A stretch of DNA of 64,000 nucleotides from Thermodesulfobacteriota bacterium (GTDB lineage Bacteria > Desulfobacterota_D > UBA1144 > Nemesobacterales > UBA2774): NCBI GenBank assembly GCA_965216785.1, contig OZ244197.1, positions 1,184,001 to 1,248,000 of the forward strand, written 5' to 3'. A program made the translations under genes and the position numbers. Below are positions 18,957 through 29,394 of the stretch, piece after piece (position 1 is the first letter of the stretch; every line of letters begins with the position of its first letter). The notes beneath the pieces were generated by a model, which made no database searches, was not told where the DNA came from, and was given only the letters and a program-made list of their open reading frames with translations.

Positions 18957-20399
18957 ATGTACGTGAGATTTTTAGGAATATTTTGTTTGCTAATTATTAT
19001 AAGTTTCAGCAGTTTTGCACAAGAAAATGTAAAGATCAAACCCCGGGAATTGGGTAAAGATTTTAAGTCATTTCATTCGGAAAACGAGGATGAGGATAAT
19101 GAAATTACGACTCCTCAGGATTTCGATGAGCCGACAGGCATATTAACACTAAGTCAAACCCTTTCTCTGGCACTCATTAGAAATCCAGAGCTTAGGGCGT
19201 TTTCATGGGAAGTCCGAGCTCGTGAAGCCCAAACCCTACAAGCGGGATTGCCTCCTAACCCTGAAATAAGCTTTGAGCTTGAGGACTTTGGAGGCACTGG
19301 CTCAGTAGAAGGCTTTGATGGAACTGAGACCACAATCCTATTAAGTCAGTTGATTCCCTTGGGAGGAAAGCTCTCAAAGAGGAGAAAGGTAGAAAGCCTA
19401 AATACCGACCTTGCCGAATGGGATTATGAAACTATAAGGCTTAATGTGTTAACTCAGACAGCTCTCAACTATCTGAATGTGCTTGCGGCACAGAATCGGC
19501 TTGCTCTCGAATTGGAATTAGTCAAGTTAGCTGAGAAAGTCCACACCACAGTTTCGGAGCTAGCCCGGGAAGGAGAAATTTCACCGATACAGGAAAAAAG
19601 ATCTCAAGTAGTGCTCTCCCAGACTAAAATAAATTTAGAGCGGTCTAAACGTGAGCTTGAAGCAGCTAAGAAAATACTGTCGTCAAGTTGGGGCGGTAAT
19701 GAACCCCAGTTTGAAGAAGTAACAGGCAATCTCGATTCAATTTTACCCATTCCTACATTCAAAATGTTGACGGAACTGCTAAGCGAAAACCCCGATATAG
19801 CACGATGGGTGACTGAAATGGAACAAAGAGAAGCTGCACTTAAACTTGAGAAGGCTAATGCAATTCCTGATCCATTTATAAGTGGGGGATACAGGCATAT
19901 AAGTGAAAAAGATGACAATGCATTTGTTGTAGGACTATCGATACCAATCCCGATTATAAATCGTAACCAAGGCGCTATTTCGGCAGCCGCCCGCAGATTG
20001 AATAAAGCAGTTGAAGAGCGGCACAATGCAGAAGTCGTTGTCAATGTTGCCTTGGCTAGAGCTTATGAGACTTTATCCGCTTCATATCAGGAAGTGATTT
20101 TATTAAAAGATGATGTATTGCCCCAAGCGGAGAGTGCGTATGAATCAATTTTCGAGGGATACCGGGAAGGGAAGTTTGCATTGCTTGACGTATTAGACGC
20201 TCAGAGAACTGTGTTTGATGCAAGGATTCAATATATTGAGGCACTACTCTCTTATCATAGCTCAAGGGCAAATGTGGAGAGACTTATCGGGACCCCAATA
20301 GAAGAGATTCAGAATTATCAGGGAAACGTTACTGAACTCAGTGAAGATGAAACAAAATATCAAATAGATGAGGAGAAAAGGGAGAGACAAAATGATTAA
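18957..20399 (+). CDS. czcC: TolC-family outer membrane protein of heavy-metal RND system
   Basis: Signal peptide, PNPEI, YREGKFALLDVLDAQRT; GAGGAGG RBS before ATG 18957. Confidence 0.88.
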   Translation: MYVRFLGIFCLLIIISFSSFAQENVKIKPRELGKDFKSFHSENEDEDNEITTPQDFDEPTGILTLSQTLSLALIRNPELRAFSWEVRAREAQTLQAGLPPNPEISFELEDFGGTGSVEGFDGTETTILLSQLIPLGGKLSKRRKVESLNTDLAEWDYETIRLNVLTQTALNYLNVLAAQNRLALELELVKLAEKVHTTVSELAREGEISPIQEKRSQVVLSQTKINLERSKRELEAAKKILSSSWGGNEPQFEEVTGNLDSILPIPTFKMLTELLSENPDIARWVTEMEQREAALKLEKANAIPDPFISGGYRHISEKDDNAFVVGLSIPIPIINRNQGAISAAARRLNKAVEERHNAEVVVNVALARAYETLSASYQEVILLKDDVLPQAESAYESIFEGYREGKFALLDVLDAQRTVFDARIQYIEALLSYHSSRANVERLIGTPIEEIQNYQGNVTELSEDETKYQIDEEKRERQND

Positions 20400-21615
20400 G
20401 AAATGGATATTTGTGATTAGTTTAATTTCGGTAATTTTTGCGTCAGCCTTTGTTATTAGTTGCGGCGGGCCTGATTCCGACAAAATGCAGGCTGACGAAA
20501 ATGGGCCTGAAGATCAGGCAGATGAGCATTCAGAATTAGAAAATCATATAAAACTCTCTCCCGAGGCTCTCGAAACATTGAATCTCAAGACCGCTCAGGT
20601 CAAGCTACACAAGCTCGGTGGTGGAATTACAAGTACTGCTGTAATAGAACCCGATCATACAAAAATTGCTCATGTAAGCCCGCGCATTTCGGGCAGAGCA
20701 ATAGATATCAAAGCCCATTTGGGGGACGACGTTAAGAAAGATCAGATTCTGGCTGAGCTTGATAGTATAGAACTTGGTCAGGCAAAGGCGAATTATCTTA
20801 AAGCTAAGGCCAATCTTCAGGTCGCCCGCGCAAATTATAGTAGAGAGGATCGGCTATTTAAAAAAAAGATATCATCCGAAAAAGAATATCTTGATACAAA
20901 AGGAGAGTTTCTTCGCTCTCAAGCAGAAATTAATGTTGCACGAGAGACCCTTAAGCTATTGGGTCTGACAGACGAGGAAATTCAAAAGCTAACATGGGGA
21001 GGAGCAGAGCATCCACCTTCTCATTTTCCTTTAGTGGCGCCTTTCACAGGCACAGTGGTCGAGCAGCATATGGTATTAGGGGAGTTCATTAAACCGGAAG
21101 ATAATCCTTATACAATTGCGGACCTCACTCAACTCTGGATTCAGGTCGATATATATGAGAAAGACCTGGCCTGGCTGAATACAGGCAAGGATGTGACTTT
21201 GATAGTTGATTCTTATCCGGATGCTCGCTTCAAAGGAACTGTCACATATATAAGCGACATCCTCGATGAATCTACCCGGACTGCAAAAGCAAGGGTCGAA
21301 CTCAATAACACTGATCGTAAACTGAAGCCGGGCATGTTCGCTACTGCCATTATTTCAACGCCATCTGTAATTACGAAAGAGGTAATTGTAATGCCCATTT
21401 CAGCAATTCAAGAAATACATGGAAAAACTTCTGCATTCCTAGTGGAAAATGAAAACAATTTTGAATTAAGAGAAGTTGAACTGGGTACGGAATCGGGAGA
21501 GTTTGTAGAAGTTTTAAGTGGACTCAACTCCGGAGATAGAGTCGTTACGGAAGGCGGCTTCTATCTGAAATCTGTCCTACTCAAAGAAGAAATAGGAGAA
21601 GGTGATGATGACTGA
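20392..21615 (+). CDS. czcB: RND periplasmic adaptor (membrane fusion protein), possible lipoprotein
   Basis: VISC lipobox-like, APFTG, LKPGMF, GLNSGDRVVTEG motifs. Confidence 0.88.
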   Translation: MIKKWIFVISLISVIFASAFVISCGGPDSDKMQADENGPEDQADEHSELENHIKLSPEALETLNLKTAQVKLHKLGGGITSTAVIEPDHTKIAHVSPRISGRAIDIKAHLGDDVKKDQILAELDSIELGQAKANYLKAKANLQVARANYSREDRLFKKKISSEKEYLDTKGEFLRSQAEINVARETLKLLGLTDEEIQKLTWGGAEHPPSHFPLVAPFTGTVVEQHMVLGEFIKPEDNPYTIADLTQLWIQVDIYEKDLAWLNTGKDVTLIVDSYPDARFKGTVTYISDILDESTRTAKARVELNNTDRKLKPGMFATAIISTPSVITKEVIVMPISAIQEIHGKTSAFLVENENNFELREVELGTESGEFVEVLSGLNSGDRVVTEGGFYLKSVLLKEEIGEGDDD

Positions 21616-21633
21616 TAATAAGGAGAAGATAAA

Positions 21634-24600
21634 TTGCTAAACCGAATACTGGAATTTTCACTCGCTAACAGATTTCTTATCATAATTATTGCGCTAGTTG
21701 TTGTGGGGATTGGAATACGCTCGATGTTGAAGCTTCCTATAGATGCAGTGCCTGATGTTACACCTAATCAAGTACAGATTCTGACTAATTCCCCTGGATT
21801 AGGTCCTGTTGAAGTGGAACGCTTCATTACTTTTCCTGTAGAGACAGCTATGTCGGGATTACCTGGTATTGAAGGTATACGCTCGGTCTCACGATTCGGT
21901 CTTTCTGCTGTGACAGTAACTTTCAAAGAAGATGTTGATATCTACTTTGCCAGGCGCCTTGTTATGGAGCGTCTTCCGCAAGCCCGTGAAATGATTCCCG
22001 AAGGATTCGGTACTCCTGAGATGGGTCCCATATCTACAGGACTTGGCGAGATATATCAGTTTGAGGTCAAGGGCGAAGGTTATTCTCTAATGGAGCTTCG
22101 TTCTATCCTTGAATGGGATATCGCATTTAAATTAAAGTCCGTTCCAGGAATTGTTGAAGTCAATACTTATGGAGGAGAGCTTAAAACTTATGAGGTTCAA
22201 CTTATTGCCGACAAACTTGTGTCTTATGATCTATCCATTGACGAGGTGTTTCAGGCACTTGGGACTAACAACTCCAACTCGGGTGGAGCATACATAGAGC
22301 GTAACCAGGAACAGTATTTAATAAGAGGTGAGGGCTTAGTCCGTGGATTAGAAGATATAGGCAATATCGTTGTTGTCACACGCGATGAAGGCACGCCTAT
22401 TTTTATCCGAGACGTCGCTGAAGTTACTTTTGCCCCAATGGTGAGACAAGGTGCTGTAACTCGAGATGGTGAAGGCGAAGCAGTCACAGGGGTTGTAATG
22501 ATGCTTATAGGGGAGAACTCCAGGACTGTTGTAAACCGTGTAAAGGAAAAGATCGAAGATATCAAAGTATCGCTACCTCCGGGTGTGACAATAGACGCCT
22601 ACTATGACCGCACCGAGCTTGTGCGAAAGACCATAAAAACAGTAACTAAAAACCTTGGTGAAGGAGCGCTGCTCGTCATTATCATTCTTTTTCTCATCCT
22701 CGGAAACTTTAGAGCAGGACTCATTGTCGCAGCCGCGATCCCACTCTCGATGCTTGTAGCCTTTATTGGCATGAAGCAATTCCGTATTTCTGGAAATCTC
22801 ATGAGTCTTGGCGCAATTGATTTCGGTCTTATCGTAGACGGTTCAGTTGTAATGATCGAAAACATAGTACGGCATTTATCTCTTAAGCCGGGGGGTGGCA
22901 CAGCAAAAGAGTCCTCCGAGAATGAATCCTCTGGCAAAACCAATATCATTGAAGTGATTCTAAAAGCAGGTAGGGAAGTGCTTCGTCCAATAGTCTTTGC
23001 CGTCGGCATTATCATAATTGTTTACATTCCGATTCTTGCCCTTGAGGGTGTTGAGGGGAAAATGTTCAAGCCTATGGCACTTACTGTCATCTTTGCACTC
23101 ATAGGCTCACTCGTCCTCTCCTTTACGCTCATGCCTGTTCTTGCGTCATATTTCCTTAAAAAGACTACTCACGATAAAGAAACTTTCATTATCAGAAAGG
23201 TAAAACAGTATTATTTGCCACTTGTCCAAAAGACAATAAGGCGGCCTAAAATTACTGCGACTGCCGCAGGAATAATTTTTCTCCTGAGTCTTATATTTGT
23301 TCCCTTTATGGGTGCTGAGTTCATACCCAGGCTTGATGAAGGTTCAATCGCACTCCAGGCATGGAGGCTTCCGAGCGTATCGCTTGAAGAGTCTGTTAGA
23401 AACTCAAGTATGATCGAAAAAATCCTTAAAAAATATCCTGAAGTTATAACTGTAGTTTCACGAACAGGAAGAGCTGAAATTGCTACAGATCCTATGGGGG
23501 TTGAGATAAGTGACATTTACGTAATCTTGAAGCCTACCTCCGAGTGGGAATCAGCAGAAACCAAAGATGAACTGGTTGAAAAAATGAATGCCTCTCTTAC
23601 GGAGTCACTTCCCGGAACCATGTTCAGCTACTCCCAACCTATTGAGCTCCGGGTGCAGGAGCTAATTGCAGGAGTGCGCTCGGATGTCGCAATAAGTATT
23701 TACGGGGATGATCTTGAAACACTAGAGGAGCTCGGCGGAAGGGTTGTGAATGTTATCTCTCAGGTTTCTGGGTCAGCAGATACAAAAGCTGAGCAGGTGG
23801 CGGGATTACCCTACTTAAGAGTAATTGTAGACAGGGACGCAATTGCTCGTTATGGAATAAATGCGAGCCAGGTACTCGACACAGTAGAGGCAATAGGAGG
23901 CAAACAAGCAGGGCAGGTGCTCGAAGGACAGAAGCGCTTTTTCATACAGGTACGATTTTCACCCGAGGACAGAGAAAGCTTTGAAAATATAAAAAACATT
24001 CGGGTATCTAATCAAAATGGACAACTTATTCCCTTAAACCAGCTTGCCGATATTCGGGTAGAAGAAGGTCCTGCACAGATAAGCAGGGAGAACATACACA
24101 GACGCCTTTCTGTGGAAACAAATGTTAGAGGGCGTGATCTTGCAAGCTTTGTTGGAGACGCACAAAAGGCTATTGATGATCAAATTGAGCTTCCTGCCGG
24201 TTATTGGATTGAGTGGGGAGGACAATTTGAAAATCTAGAGCGTGCAAGCTCAACTCTGGCAATTGTAGTCCCTATGGCGCTATTGTTGATATTCGTTCTG
24301 CTCTTTATAACATTTGGCTCTGTACGTCCGGCTCTCATGATTTATCTAAACATTCCATTAGCTGCAACGGGTGGAATAATTGCACTGTTCCTGCGAGGAA
24401 TGCCCTTTAGTATCTCTGCAGGAATAGGTTTTATTGCCCTTTTTGGTATTGCGGTCTTAAACGGAGTTGTTCTCATGTCTTACATAATTCAGAAGAGAAA
24501 GGAAGGAAAAGGCCCCACTGAGGCTGCTAGGGAAGGAGCTGAAATACGTCTCCGTCCTGTGCTCATGACTGCACTAGTCGCAAGCTTTGGTTTTATACCG

Positions 24601-24753
24601 ATGGCACTATCTTCAAGTGCCGGTGCAGAGGTGCAAAGACCTCTTGCTACAGTCGTGATCGGGGGTCTTGTTACATCGACTCTGTTAACTCTGCTGGTAC
24701 TTCCAGCAATATACAGCTGGCTCGGAAAAGAAAAAGCTGAAGTAGAAATTTAA
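21634..24753 (+). CDS. czcA: CzcA/CusA-family heavy-metal RND pump
   Basis: LPIDAVPD, GAIDFGLIVDG, RLRPVLMTA, QRPLATVVIGG; TTG start after AGGAG. Confidence 0.93.
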   Translation: MLNRILEFSLANRFLIIIIALVVVGIGIRSMLKLPIDAVPDVTPNQVQILTNSPGLGPVEVERFITFPVETAMSGLPGIEGIRSVSRFGLSAVTVTFKEDVDIYFARRLVMERLPQAREMIPEGFGTPEMGPISTGLGEIYQFEVKGEGYSLMELRSILEWDIAFKLKSVPGIVEVNTYGGELKTYEVQLIADKLVSYDLSIDEVFQALGTNNSNSGGAYIERNQEQYLIRGEGLVRGLEDIGNIVVVTRDEGTPIFIRDVAEVTFAPMVRQGAVTRDGEGEAVTGVVMMLIGENSRTVVNRVKEKIEDIKVSLPPGVTIDAYYDRTELVRKTIKTVTKNLGEGALLVIIILFLILGNFRAGLIVAAAIPLSMLVAFIGMKQFRISGNLMSLGAIDFGLIVDGSVVMIENIVRHLSLKPGGGTAKESSENESSGKTNIIEVILKAGREVLRPIVFAVGIIIIVYIPILALEGVEGKMFKPMALTVIFALIGSLVLSFTLMPVLASYFLKKTTHDKETFIIRKVKQYYLPLVQKTIRRPKITATAAGIIFLLSLIFVPFMGAEFIPRLDEGSIALQAWRLPSVSLEESVRNSSMIEKILKKYPEVITVVSRTGRAEIATDPMGVEISDIYVILKPTSEWESAETKDELVEKMNASLTESLPGTMFSYSQPIELRVQELIAGVRSDVAISIYGDDLETLEELGGRVVNVISQVSGSADTKAEQVAGLPYLRVIVDRDAIARYGINASQVLDTVEAIGGKQAGQVLEGQKRFFIQVRFSPEDRESFENIKNIRVSNQNGQLIPLNQLADIRVEEGPAQISRENIHRRLSVETNVRGRDLASFVGDAQKAIDDQIELPAGYWIEWGGQFENLERASSTLAIVVPMALLLIFVLLFITFGSVRPALMIYLNIPLAATGGIIALFLRGMPFSISAGIGFIALFGIAVLNGVVLMSYIIQKRKEGKGPTEAAREGAEIRLRPVLMTALVASFGFIPMALSSSAGAEVQRPLATVVIGGLVTSTLLTLLVLPAIYSWLGKEKAEVEI

Positions 24754-24770
24754 TAAATGGAGGTTCAACC

Positions 24771-25112
24771 ATGAAAGAGATAAAAGCTATTATACAGCCG
24801 TTTATGTTCTCGAAAGTTATAGACGCGTTGAAAGAAAGGGATGATCTGCCGGGTGTGACTGTTTCAGAGATAAAAGGTTTTGGTAAGGCGCGGGCGGAAA
24901 CAGCGAAAGATAAAATTATCGAAGACTCGATAGGTTATGTGAAAAAAATCAAATTGGAAATCGTTGTTCCGGATAAGATCGCCGATGAAGTCGTAAATAT
25001 AATTTCCACAAATGCTCATACTGGACGTCCAGGCGATGGAAAGATCTTTGTGTACACGGTTGATGAAGTAATGAAAATTCGTACCGGAGAAACAGGAGAG
25101 AGTGCGATTTAG
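24771..25112 (+). CDS. P-II family protein downstream of czcA
   Basis: MKEIKAIIQP, KGFG, HTGRPGDGKIFV, IRTGE. Confidence 0.9.
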   Translation: MKEIKAIIQPFMFSKVIDALKERDDLPGVTVSEIKGFGKARAETAKDKIIEDSIGYVKKIKLEIVVPDKIADEVVNIISTNAHTGRPGDGKIFVYTVDEVMKIRTGETGESAI

Positions 25113-25171
25113 TAAATACAACATGATTATGACAAAAAGAGCTTAAATAACAAAAAAGAGAGGTAATTCAA

Positions 25172-25609
25172 ATGAAAAGTTTACTTTATTTGCCGGTAGT
25201 TTTGCTATTGTTTCTCAGTGTTTCATTTGCTCAAAATACTCTAAGAACCCAAAACAATATTGAGAGGGTATTAACGCCTTTAATGAGTAAGGTACTAAAT
25301 CAGCTGATTATTAAGGCTAATACACTTGACCTAACTGAAGATCAAAGAGAAGGACTTGATATGGTTCAAGAAAAATATGTTTTCCCGTTGGCAAAAAAAG
25401 AAGCGGAACATAATATCTCTCGTATGACCGTTATTAACATTATTCAAGAGCCTGATTTTGATCCTGCTGAGGCTAAAAAAGCTTCAGAAAAATTAAAGCA
25501 AACAGCTCTTGAGATGTCCGATATGCTTATTGACGGACTTGTTGAAATAAGAACCGTTATCGGCATAGAAAATTACACAATTATTACTTCTAGGGTGAAG
25601 ATACAATAA
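25172..25609 (+). CDS. Periplasmic Spy/CpxP-like helical protein
   Basis: Signal peptide (VSFA-Q), LDLTEDQ (LTxxQ) motif. Confidence 0.5.
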   Translation: MKSLLYLPVVLLLFLSVSFAQNTLRTQNNIERVLTPLMSKVLNQLIIKANTLDLTEDQREGLDMVQEKYVFPLAKKEAEHNISRMTVINIIQEPDFDPAEAKKASEKLKQTALEMSDMLIDGLVEIRTVIGIENYTIITSRVKIQ

Positions 25610-25683
25610 AGGGGAGTGCTAATATTAGTGATTTTTCAACTAAAAGTTGCTTGATAAAAGTGAATCTAATACAGAGGAAGAAA

Positions 25684-27591
25684 ATGAGTAATAGAGATCA
25701 TGATGAAATTTTTGAAGGGAAATGGTATATGCATCCTCCACTTAGGAACGCTTTGATCGCAGGCGTGATAACTGGAATTACATTTCTGCTGTCTCACATT
25801 GACAGAGTTATTCCACCGTCATTTGAAATCACAGTCTACATTATTGCCATTATCTTGGGTGGATACCATTGGGCAAAGGAAGGATTAGAAGAATTAATTA
25901 AAGAACATGAAATCGGGATTGAAATTCTTATGCTAGCTGCAACAGCGGGATCGGCAATACTCGGGATGTGGGATGAGGCTGCATTTTTGGTATTTCTCTA
26001 CGGTGCTGCGGAAGGGATTGAGGAATACACCTATGCGAGAACAAGGAGCTCTATAAGGAAGCTTCTTGATCTTGCCCCAAAAGAAGCCACGATTCTCAGA
26101 AACGGAAATGAAACTACCGTAAGAGCAGAAGATTTAACGGTAGGGGATATCTTTATTGTCCGCCCGGGTGAGTCCGTTCCGACAGACGGCGTCATTGAGA
26201 AAGGACGGTCGAGCATAAATGAGGCTCCCGTGACTGGAGAATCTATACCAGTCGAAAAGAAAGAGGGCATGAAGGTGTTTGCCGGTACGATCAATCAAGA
26301 GGGTGCTCTTGAAATTAAGACTACAGCGGCTTTTAAGGATAATACTCTTTCAAAAATGATCCATCTTGTTGAGGAAGCACAGGAAAAGAAAGGCAAAGCG
26401 CAATTATTTATCGAAAAATTTGGGAATAGATACACCCCTCTGGTTCTATTGGCTTCATTATTACTATTTGTGATTCCTATTCTACTCGGATGGGACGTTT
26501 CCAAATGGGCTGTACGTGCTGTTGTGTTATTGGTAGCAGCAGCTCCATGTGCACTGGTTATGTCGACTCCAATTGCTATTGCTGCAGGGATTGGGGTAGC
26601 TGGAAGAAACGGAGTACTTATCAAAGGGGGAATGTGTCTGGAAGACCTCGGAAAGATCAAGACGGTGGCTTTTGATAAAACAGGAACCCTGACAAAAGGC
26701 GAACCCGTTGTTACAGATGTAATAGCTCTTAATGGTGATGAAAATAGTGTGTTAGAAACAGCTTACAGTTTAGAAAGACTGTCTGAGCATCCTTTAGCGC
26801 AGGCAATAGTTAAGAAGGCTAAGGATCTCAATCAAAATTGTTGTGACGTTACTAACTTCGAGTCACTTACAGGTTCAGGTGTTAAAGCTGTTCTTGATGG
26901 TGAAACAACCTATATAGGCAAACCTGAGCTATTTAAGGAACTAGGTTTTAACTTTGAAAAAATAAGAAGTAATATCGAAAAACTAACTCAAGAGGGGAAA
27001 ACAGTCATTCTGGTCGGATCATCAGAGAAAATTGAGGGGATCATCGCTCTCAGAGATGACATAAGGGCTGAGTCGAAGGAGATTATTGGTGATCTACACA
27101 GTATGGGTATCAAGGTAATAATGCTTACAGGAGATAATGAAAATACCGCCCGCGCTATCTCTGAAGAAATTGGTATCGATGATTATAAAGCCGACCTCAA
27201 GCCAGAAGACAAAATTAAAGAAATTGAAAAATTAGAACGTGAATACGGGGCTGTTGCAATGATCGGAGACGGAGTCAACGATGCACCTGCTTTAGCACGC
27301 GCTACTGTAGGCATTGCTATGGGAACTGCGGGGACTGATGCGGCTATCGAAGCAGCTGACGTAGCATTGATGGCAGATGATATAAAGAAAGTTTCATATG
27401 CTATACAACTCGGTAAGAGAGCAAAAAAGATAGGTTTTCAGAACATTGTTTTTTCATTGCTGATCCTCATAGTTCTTATTCCTTCTGCTCTCATAGGGAT
27501 AATGACAGTTGCAATAGCAGTCTTATTCCACGAAGTCTCTGAACTACTGGCTGTTGCAAATGGGTTACGTGTAGCAGCAGGACGACAGTGA
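25684..27591 (+). CDS. Zn/Cd/Co-type P1B ATPase (APC motif)
   Basis: TGES, AAPC, DKTGT, SEHP, GDGVND, HEVSE; no N-terminal metal-binding domain. Confidence 0.9.
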   Translation: MSNRDHDEIFEGKWYMHPPLRNALIAGVITGITFLLSHIDRVIPPSFEITVYIIAIILGGYHWAKEGLEELIKEHEIGIEILMLAATAGSAILGMWDEAAFLVFLYGAAEGIEEYTYARTRSSIRKLLDLAPKEATILRNGNETTVRAEDLTVGDIFIVRPGESVPTDGVIEKGRSSINEAPVTGESIPVEKKEGMKVFAGTINQEGALEIKTTAAFKDNTLSKMIHLVEEAQEKKGKAQLFIEKFGNRYTPLVLLASLLLFVIPILLGWDVSKWAVRAVVLLVAAAPCALVMSTPIAIAAGIGVAGRNGVLIKGGMCLEDLGKIKTVAFDKTGTLTKGEPVVTDVIALNGDENSVLETAYSLERLSEHPLAQAIVKKAKDLNQNCCDVTNFESLTGSGVKAVLDGETTYIGKPELFKELGFNFEKIRSNIEKLTQEGKTVILVGSSEKIEGIIALRDDIRAESKEIIGDLHSMGIKVIMLTGDNENTARAISEEIGIDDYKADLKPEDKIKEIEKLEREYGAVAMIGDGVNDAPALARATVGIAMGTAGTDAAIEAADVALMADDIKKVSYAIQLGKRAKKIGFQNIVFSLLILIVLIPSALIGIMTVAIAVLFHEVSELLAVANGLRVAAGRQ

Positions 27592-27638
27592 TTACGATTA
27601 TATGTTTATATCGACCAACATGATAGGAGGTTCAAGAT

Positions 27639-28412
27639 ATGTATCCGACGCTTTTTAAGATAGGAAGTGTAACAATATCCTCTTGGGGTGTCATGGTAGC
27701 AATAGCATTTATAGTTGCTTACATGGTTTCTGAGTTTGAGTTTAACAGGAAAAGGATGGACAGGAATCTTTTACAACCCCTTTTTATCGCTAGTGTTGTA
27801 GGAGGATTGGTAGGAGCAAAAATCCTTTTTTTAATGGAGAATGTATCATTGTCAGAATTTCTTAATCAACCTACAGAATATCTAGCATCAGGGTTCACTT
27901 TCTTAGGTGGATTCCTGGGCGCGCTTTTACTGAGTTTACTTATAATATGGTGGGAAAAAGCTAGTTTCTGGCTTATTGCTGACGCAATAATACCCGCAAT
28001 AGCTATAGGATATGGAATAGGAAGGATAGGATGTTTTTTAGTTGGTGATGATTATGGAGTCCCTTCTAATCTACCCTTTGCGATGGCATTCCCTGACGGT
28101 GCGGTTCCGACAACTGTTAAAGTGCATCCCACTCAAATATACGAAACCATTATAATGGTAGGAGTTTTTCTATTACTCTGGAATCTCCGTAAAATACCCG
28201 CTCCTATTGGTTGGCTTGCTTCAGTGGGTTTCATATTTATGGGACTTGAGCGATTTTTAATTGAATTTATTAGGGTAACAACCCCTAGTTCTATCCCGGG
28301 ACTAACGGTAGCTCAGCTTATGTCTTTGGGAATTATTGTTATTGGAATTATCAAGATAATTCAACTGCAAAAATACGATTTAAAATACTTTAAAAGGAGG
28401 GGAGAATCATGA
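27639..28412 (+). CDS. lgt: Prolipoprotein diacylglyceryl transferase family protein
   Basis: MYPTLF, GRIGCFLVGDDYG, HPTQIYE, ERFLIEFIR. Confidence 0.85.
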   Translation: MYPTLFKIGSVTISSWGVMVAIAFIVAYMVSEFEFNRKRMDRNLLQPLFIASVVGGLVGAKILFLMENVSLSEFLNQPTEYLASGFTFLGGFLGALLLSLLIIWWEKASFWLIADAIIPAIAIGYGIGRIGCFLVGDDYGVPSNLPFAMAFPDGAVPTTVKVHPTQIYETIIMVGVFLLLWNLRKIPAPIGWLASVGFIFMGLERFLIEFIRVTTPSSIPGLTVAQLMSLGIIVIGIIKIIQLQKYDLKYFKRRGES

Positions 28413-28648
28413 GAACGGATTGGTTTATGGATGGAGGTATGGGAATCTGGATGCTATTCAATATGGCTATCTGGATCATTGTGTTTGTAGGTATCGTTTT
28501 ACTGGTAGTATGGGCAGTCCGTAAAACAAGTGGGAATGGGCAAAAGAAGGTCGAAGAGACTGCTTTAGATATTTTAAAGAAACGATACGCCAGCGGGGAA
28601 ATTACAAAAGAGGAGTACGAAGAAAAGAAAAAGGATATTTCATTATAA
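28409..28648 (+). CDS. SHOCT-domain membrane protein
   Basis: Met/Gly-rich N-terminus, one TM helix, LKKRYASGEITKEEYE. Confidence 0.85.
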   Translation: MRTDWFMDGGMGIWMLFNMAIWIIVFVGIVLLVVWAVRKTSGNGQKKVEETALDILKKRYASGEITKEEYEEKKKDISL

Positions 28649-28664
28649 ATAGGGGGTGTTGATT

Positions 28665-29324
28665 ATGGGTAGAATAAAATTTTTTATGATTATTCTTAGT
28701 CTGTTTTCAGTTTTTACCATTTGCATTTTCTTAGTGAATAAGCTCGGACATTCTCAAGAGCCGTGTTGCAGATGGGCTAATCAGGACAATATGGAGATGA
28801 TGCAGGATATGATGAGCGGACGACTGCCACCCGGAATCGAACCAGAAGATTTGCCTGAGCCTGATAGTAAAGGAGCTAAACTACTAGTCCGGTACTGTAC
28901 GCAGTGCCACAACCTACCCAGCCCATCAATGCATACTTCGCAAGAATGGCCAGAAGTCGCCCGGAGAATGTTCAACCGACTGTCATGGATGTCTGGTATG
29001 AAAGAAGAATGGATGGGCATGATGTGGATGAAAGCACCATCTGCAAATGAACAAAAAGACATTGTGGCTTATTTAAAGGCTCATTCTTTAAAGTCTATTA
29101 CACCTGATTTAGTTCCCTTACCTGAATCCCCAGGTGCAGAGTCTTTCAAAAATGCATGTTCTCAGTGTCATGCATTACCTGATCCCAAACTTCATACAGC
29201 CGAAGAGTGGCCTGCTGTAGTAGAAAGAATGCGGGTTAATATGAAGATCATGGACAAGCCAGTGATAACGGATCAAGAAAAAGAAAAGATAATTACCTAT
29301 CTGGAAAAGAATGCAAAACAGTAG
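28665..29324 (+). CDS. Diheme c-type cytochrome with Met-rich segments
   Basis: Two CxxCH motifs (CTQCH, CSQCH), each followed by P.P..HT..EWP; N-terminal membrane anchor. Confidence 0.85.
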   Translation: MGRIKFFMIILSLFSVFTICIFLVNKLGHSQEPCCRWANQDNMEMMQDMMSGRLPPGIEPEDLPEPDSKGAKLLVRYCTQCHNLPSPSMHTSQEWPEVARRMFNRLSWMSGMKEEWMGMMWMKAPSANEQKDIVAYLKAHSLKSITPDLVPLPESPGAESFKNACSQCHALPDPKLHTAEEWPAVVERMRVNMKIMDKPVITDQEKEKIITYLEKNAKQ

Positions 29325-29353
29325 AATGGTCAGAAAGCTTAACATTCTCTCTG

Positions 29354-29394
29354 ATTCCAACTTAAACCGAGCTTGAAAAAAGGGGAGCAGTACA
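29354..29394 (+). repeat. 41-bp direct repeat copy 2; orphan IS3-family-like terminus
   Basis: ATTCCAACTTAAACCGAGCTTGAAAAAAGGGGAGCAGTACA; 2 mismatches to 9841-9881. Confidence 0.8.
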
